From assembly GCA_963718565.1 (NCBI GenBank), contig OY970364.1, positions 160,001 to 224,000 on the forward strand: DNA of 64,000 nt, given 5' to 3'. Positions 61,775 through 64,000 of the stretch are shown here, one piece after another. Both the position numbers and the translations under genes were made by a program. Under the pieces are notes generated by a model. That model saw only the letters and a list, made by a program, of their open reading frames with translations, was not told the origin of the DNA and did not search any database. Within the stretch, counting starts at the first letter, position 1. Each line of letters begins with the position of its first letter. The DNA is from an uncultured Verrucomicrobiae bacterium (GTDB lineage: Bacteria; Chlamydiota; Chlamydiia; Chlamydiales; Rhabdochlamydiaceae).

Positions 61775-62477
61775 AACTCTTACGGCATTGTGGAGACCAG
61801 AGCTGCTTAGCGATGAGGAAATGCACGAATGCTTGAAGGAAACGTGCTGGACTGCCAGAAGAGCCGCTTATTATGTCCTGGGCTTGAAAATCCCTGAGCT
61901 AAGTAGCCTTGAGGAAGAGAAAAGGCTTTGCCCTGATTTTGAAAAGTACTACGAGCTTTTCAAAAGCTGTTTTGAAGAGGGAAGAATTGCGGTCCATTCG
62001 TTTTGTTCAGAATATGGCAAGACTGTTCGGACTGCCTTGCCTGTCGATTGGTTGAAGCTAGTCCATAGGGGACGGCTGAAAGATGATGCCATCAATGACA
62101 AAGAGGTAAAGCGAGAAGGTCTGTATGTCGCTCCTTTGCTTACAGAAGCTTGGCTGCTTTTGCAAGGGAAAGCAGTCTTCGCCAAAAGGCGACCTGCTCA
62201 AGAAAGGGACGATAAGCTTTTCGCTTGGAGTGCTGCTAGAAAGCTGCGCAAGGATTTTTCTCAGTTGTCCAACCGTCAAATGGCACAGATCATCCACAAG
62301 CATTGCTCGAAGGTGCAGAAATATCCCTTCAAGACCGTTTACGGCTGGGTCATCGATTCAGCCATCCCCCTGAATGAAGAGCCTTCGCAAAATAGGCGAG
62401 ATAGAAATGGCCGTCCTAAAAAAGACAGCTATCAGAAGCTCTCTGTCGATTTCTCCTCCTATTTTAATCATTTGTAA
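61755..62477 (+). CDS. Hypothetical protein (possible C-terminal HTH)
   Basis: GGAGG RBS; coupled to the integrase and sitting in the int-xis slot. Confidence 0.6.
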   Translation: MHNLENKTLTALWRPELLSDEEMHECLKETCWTARRAAYYVLGLKIPELSSLEEEKRLCPDFEKYYELFKSCFEEGRIAVHSFCSEYGKTVRTALPVDWLKLVHRGRLKDDAINDKEVKREGLYVAPLLTEAWLLLQGKAVFAKRRPAQERDDKLFAWSAARKLRKDFSQLSNRQMAQIIHKHCSKVQKYPFKTVYGWVIDSAIPLNEEPSQNRRDRNGRPKKDSYQKLSVDFSSYFNHL

Positions 62478-62592
62478 CTCACTGCTACTCAACGTATTTT
62501 ACGGTTTTTCCACCGACGCCATTTTTTCATGGCGATAGGTCGCCGTAAAATGCGGTTATTAAATTCAAACTGCAATAGCAGAGGAGTGCGAA

Positions 62593-62886
62593 ATGAAAAA
62601 CGATAGATCAAAAAATACAGACGAAGTGGCCATAGAGCCAAAACAGACCCGGTTTATTCCTGTGTCGAAATGGAATGAGTTTCATGAGTGGCCTCCAGTC
62701 GGCGGCATGCGCCACTTGATCTTTTTTCGAAACGAAAATGGATTTGCTAAGGTCTTAAAGCGTCCTAATCGCACCTGGCTCATCGATGAGAAGGCATTCT
62801 TCAAGTGGGTGTCAGAGAAAAAGTACAGACCCCGCAAAAAGGAGTCAGAGATCCAGGAAAACTCTAAAATCGCAGTACAGCCATGA
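62593..62886 (+). CDS. Excisionase/AlpA-like protein
   Basis: MRHLIF.RNENGF...WLIDEKAFFKW, homologous to the other two. Confidence 0.72.
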   Translation: MKNDRSKNTDEVAIEPKQTRFIPVSKWNEFHEWPPVGGMRHLIFFRNENGFAKVLKRPNRTWLIDEKAFFKWVSEKKYRPRKKESEIQENSKIAVQP

Positions 62887-63932
62887 TAACTTCCGAAGGA
62901 TTCGTAAAACTTTATCGAGAGGGGCTTGCACTTTTAGAACTAAGTCTTCCAGCTTTCGCGTTATTGACGCAGATTGCTTTGCGTGCAAACCGGATGGATC
63001 CCGCTTATTCAATCTATCAACTCAAGGCTAACGAAGCACTCGTTGGCGATCATAAAAAGATTGGTTTGTCCAGGCAGCAATACCGTGATGCGGTACTGAG
63101 ACTTGAAGCACACGGCCTTGCAACTTTTCGAAAAACCAATCAAGGGACTATTGCAGTTCTCACTAACAAAGCCATTTTTGACATCAATGCTGAATCGGAT
63201 GAAGGGCCTATAAAGGCGTGCACAGCCTTAGAAAAAGAACCAATTTACAGCCAAGCGAGAACCATTCATCAACCATTGGAGAACCAAAAAGAAACCACTT
63301 TGGAACCATCAAAAGAACCAGCAGATTTGTCAATGAAAAATCGAGAAAAAGAACCATCCGAAGAACCAGTTGACAACCACCAAAGAACCATAAGAGAACC
63401 GGATAGAAACCAATCGGGAACCAAACCAGAACCACTAACAAAGAAAGAAGAAAAAGAAAAAAGAGCTGCAGCAGCTTATTCACGCACCATTTACAAATGC
63501 CTGGATGGGTTGGATTTGAGCGATCAGGAGAAGAGATCCCTGATGTGCTATAGCGAACATCGTGTGGCTCATGCTGCGGAATTTGTGAGAAGAAAGCACA
63601 ATGTCGACAGCCCCATCGGGCTGATGATGTGGGTTTGTCAACAGCCTAGCCTACCTGAGCTTCCCAAGGAAAATCGAAAAAGCATGACTCCTCAACAAAA
63701 GCTTGCCTGGGAGTACAACCAATTTTTTAGCAGCAATGGCTATACTGCTCAAGCAAAGCAAAATGAGGAAAAGATCCCCAATGATCGAATGGTGATTTTA
63801 GAACAGGGGCAACTTATGCCGATTACGCTAAACCATCCCCTTCAGATCTTGCAGGAAGATTTTCGAAAGTCCAAAGAGGAAATTTTGAAAAGCCAGAGGA
63901 TAGTTCGAGGACTGCAAAGTGATAAATTGTAA
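62883..63932 (+). CDS. Phage-type replication initiator with internal iterons
   Basis: GFVKLYR, wHTH GLSRQQYRDAVLRLEAHGL, low-complexity linker encoded by many GAACCA repeats. Confidence 0.7.
   Translation: MITSEGFVKLYREGLALLELSLPAFALLTQIALRANRMDPAYSIYQLKANEALVGDHKKIGLSRQQYRDAVLRLEAHGLATFRKTNQGTIAVLTNKAIFDINAESDEGPIKACTALEKEPIYSQARTIHQPLENQKETTLEPSKEPADLSMKNREKEPSEEPVDNHQRTIREPDRNQSGTKPEPLTKKEEKEKRAAAAYSRTIYKCLDGLDLSDQEKRSLMCYSEHRVAHAAEFVRRKHNVDSPIGLMMWVCQQPSLPELPKENRKSMTPQQKLAWEYNQFFSSNGYTAQAKQNEEKIPNDRMVILEQGQLMPITLNHPLQILQEDFRKSKEEILKSQRIVRGLQSDKL
63233..63445 (+). repeat. Cluster of GAACC(A) repeats, putative replication origin
   Basis: More than ten GAACCA/AACCA units inside the initiator gene, followed by an A-rich tract. 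Confidence 0.6.
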
Positions 63933-64000
63933 GCTATCTGACAAGGCGCAATGGGGAGACTTTAGGGAGGGGTTTTGCGGAGCTAATAAAAAAGGGATTT

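Overview
An accessory, island-dense window, probably from an environmental chlamydia. That host call is an inference from a DUF687-like hydrolase domain, a signal-peptide Rhs and a Chlamydiae-type repeat protein. The backbone is a tandem array of integrative elements, separated by four copies of the 3' half of a CAT-anticodon tRNA (most like tRNA-Ile2; minus strand; 5061, 9583, 24048, 53331). Three of the four copies have a tyrosine integrase beside them. Tandem 7-bp arm-type repeats with an 11-bp period flank the att copies and pair up the element ends. Three capsid-less, satellite-like cores recur (integrase - unknown protein - excisionase-like HTH - replication protein), each with a different replication module. 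Cargo includes Kiwa, a type I R-M system, nucleases, Rhs and other toxin-immunity modules, and a TPP-riboswitch-controlled thiamine operon with fungal-type THI5 and a frameshifted thiG. A pile-up of IS elements (ISAs1, IS607 with a Fanzor-like TnpB, IS630, IS3, IS701-like) has split and deleted genes. No CRISPR array, rRNA or intact tRNA was seen.
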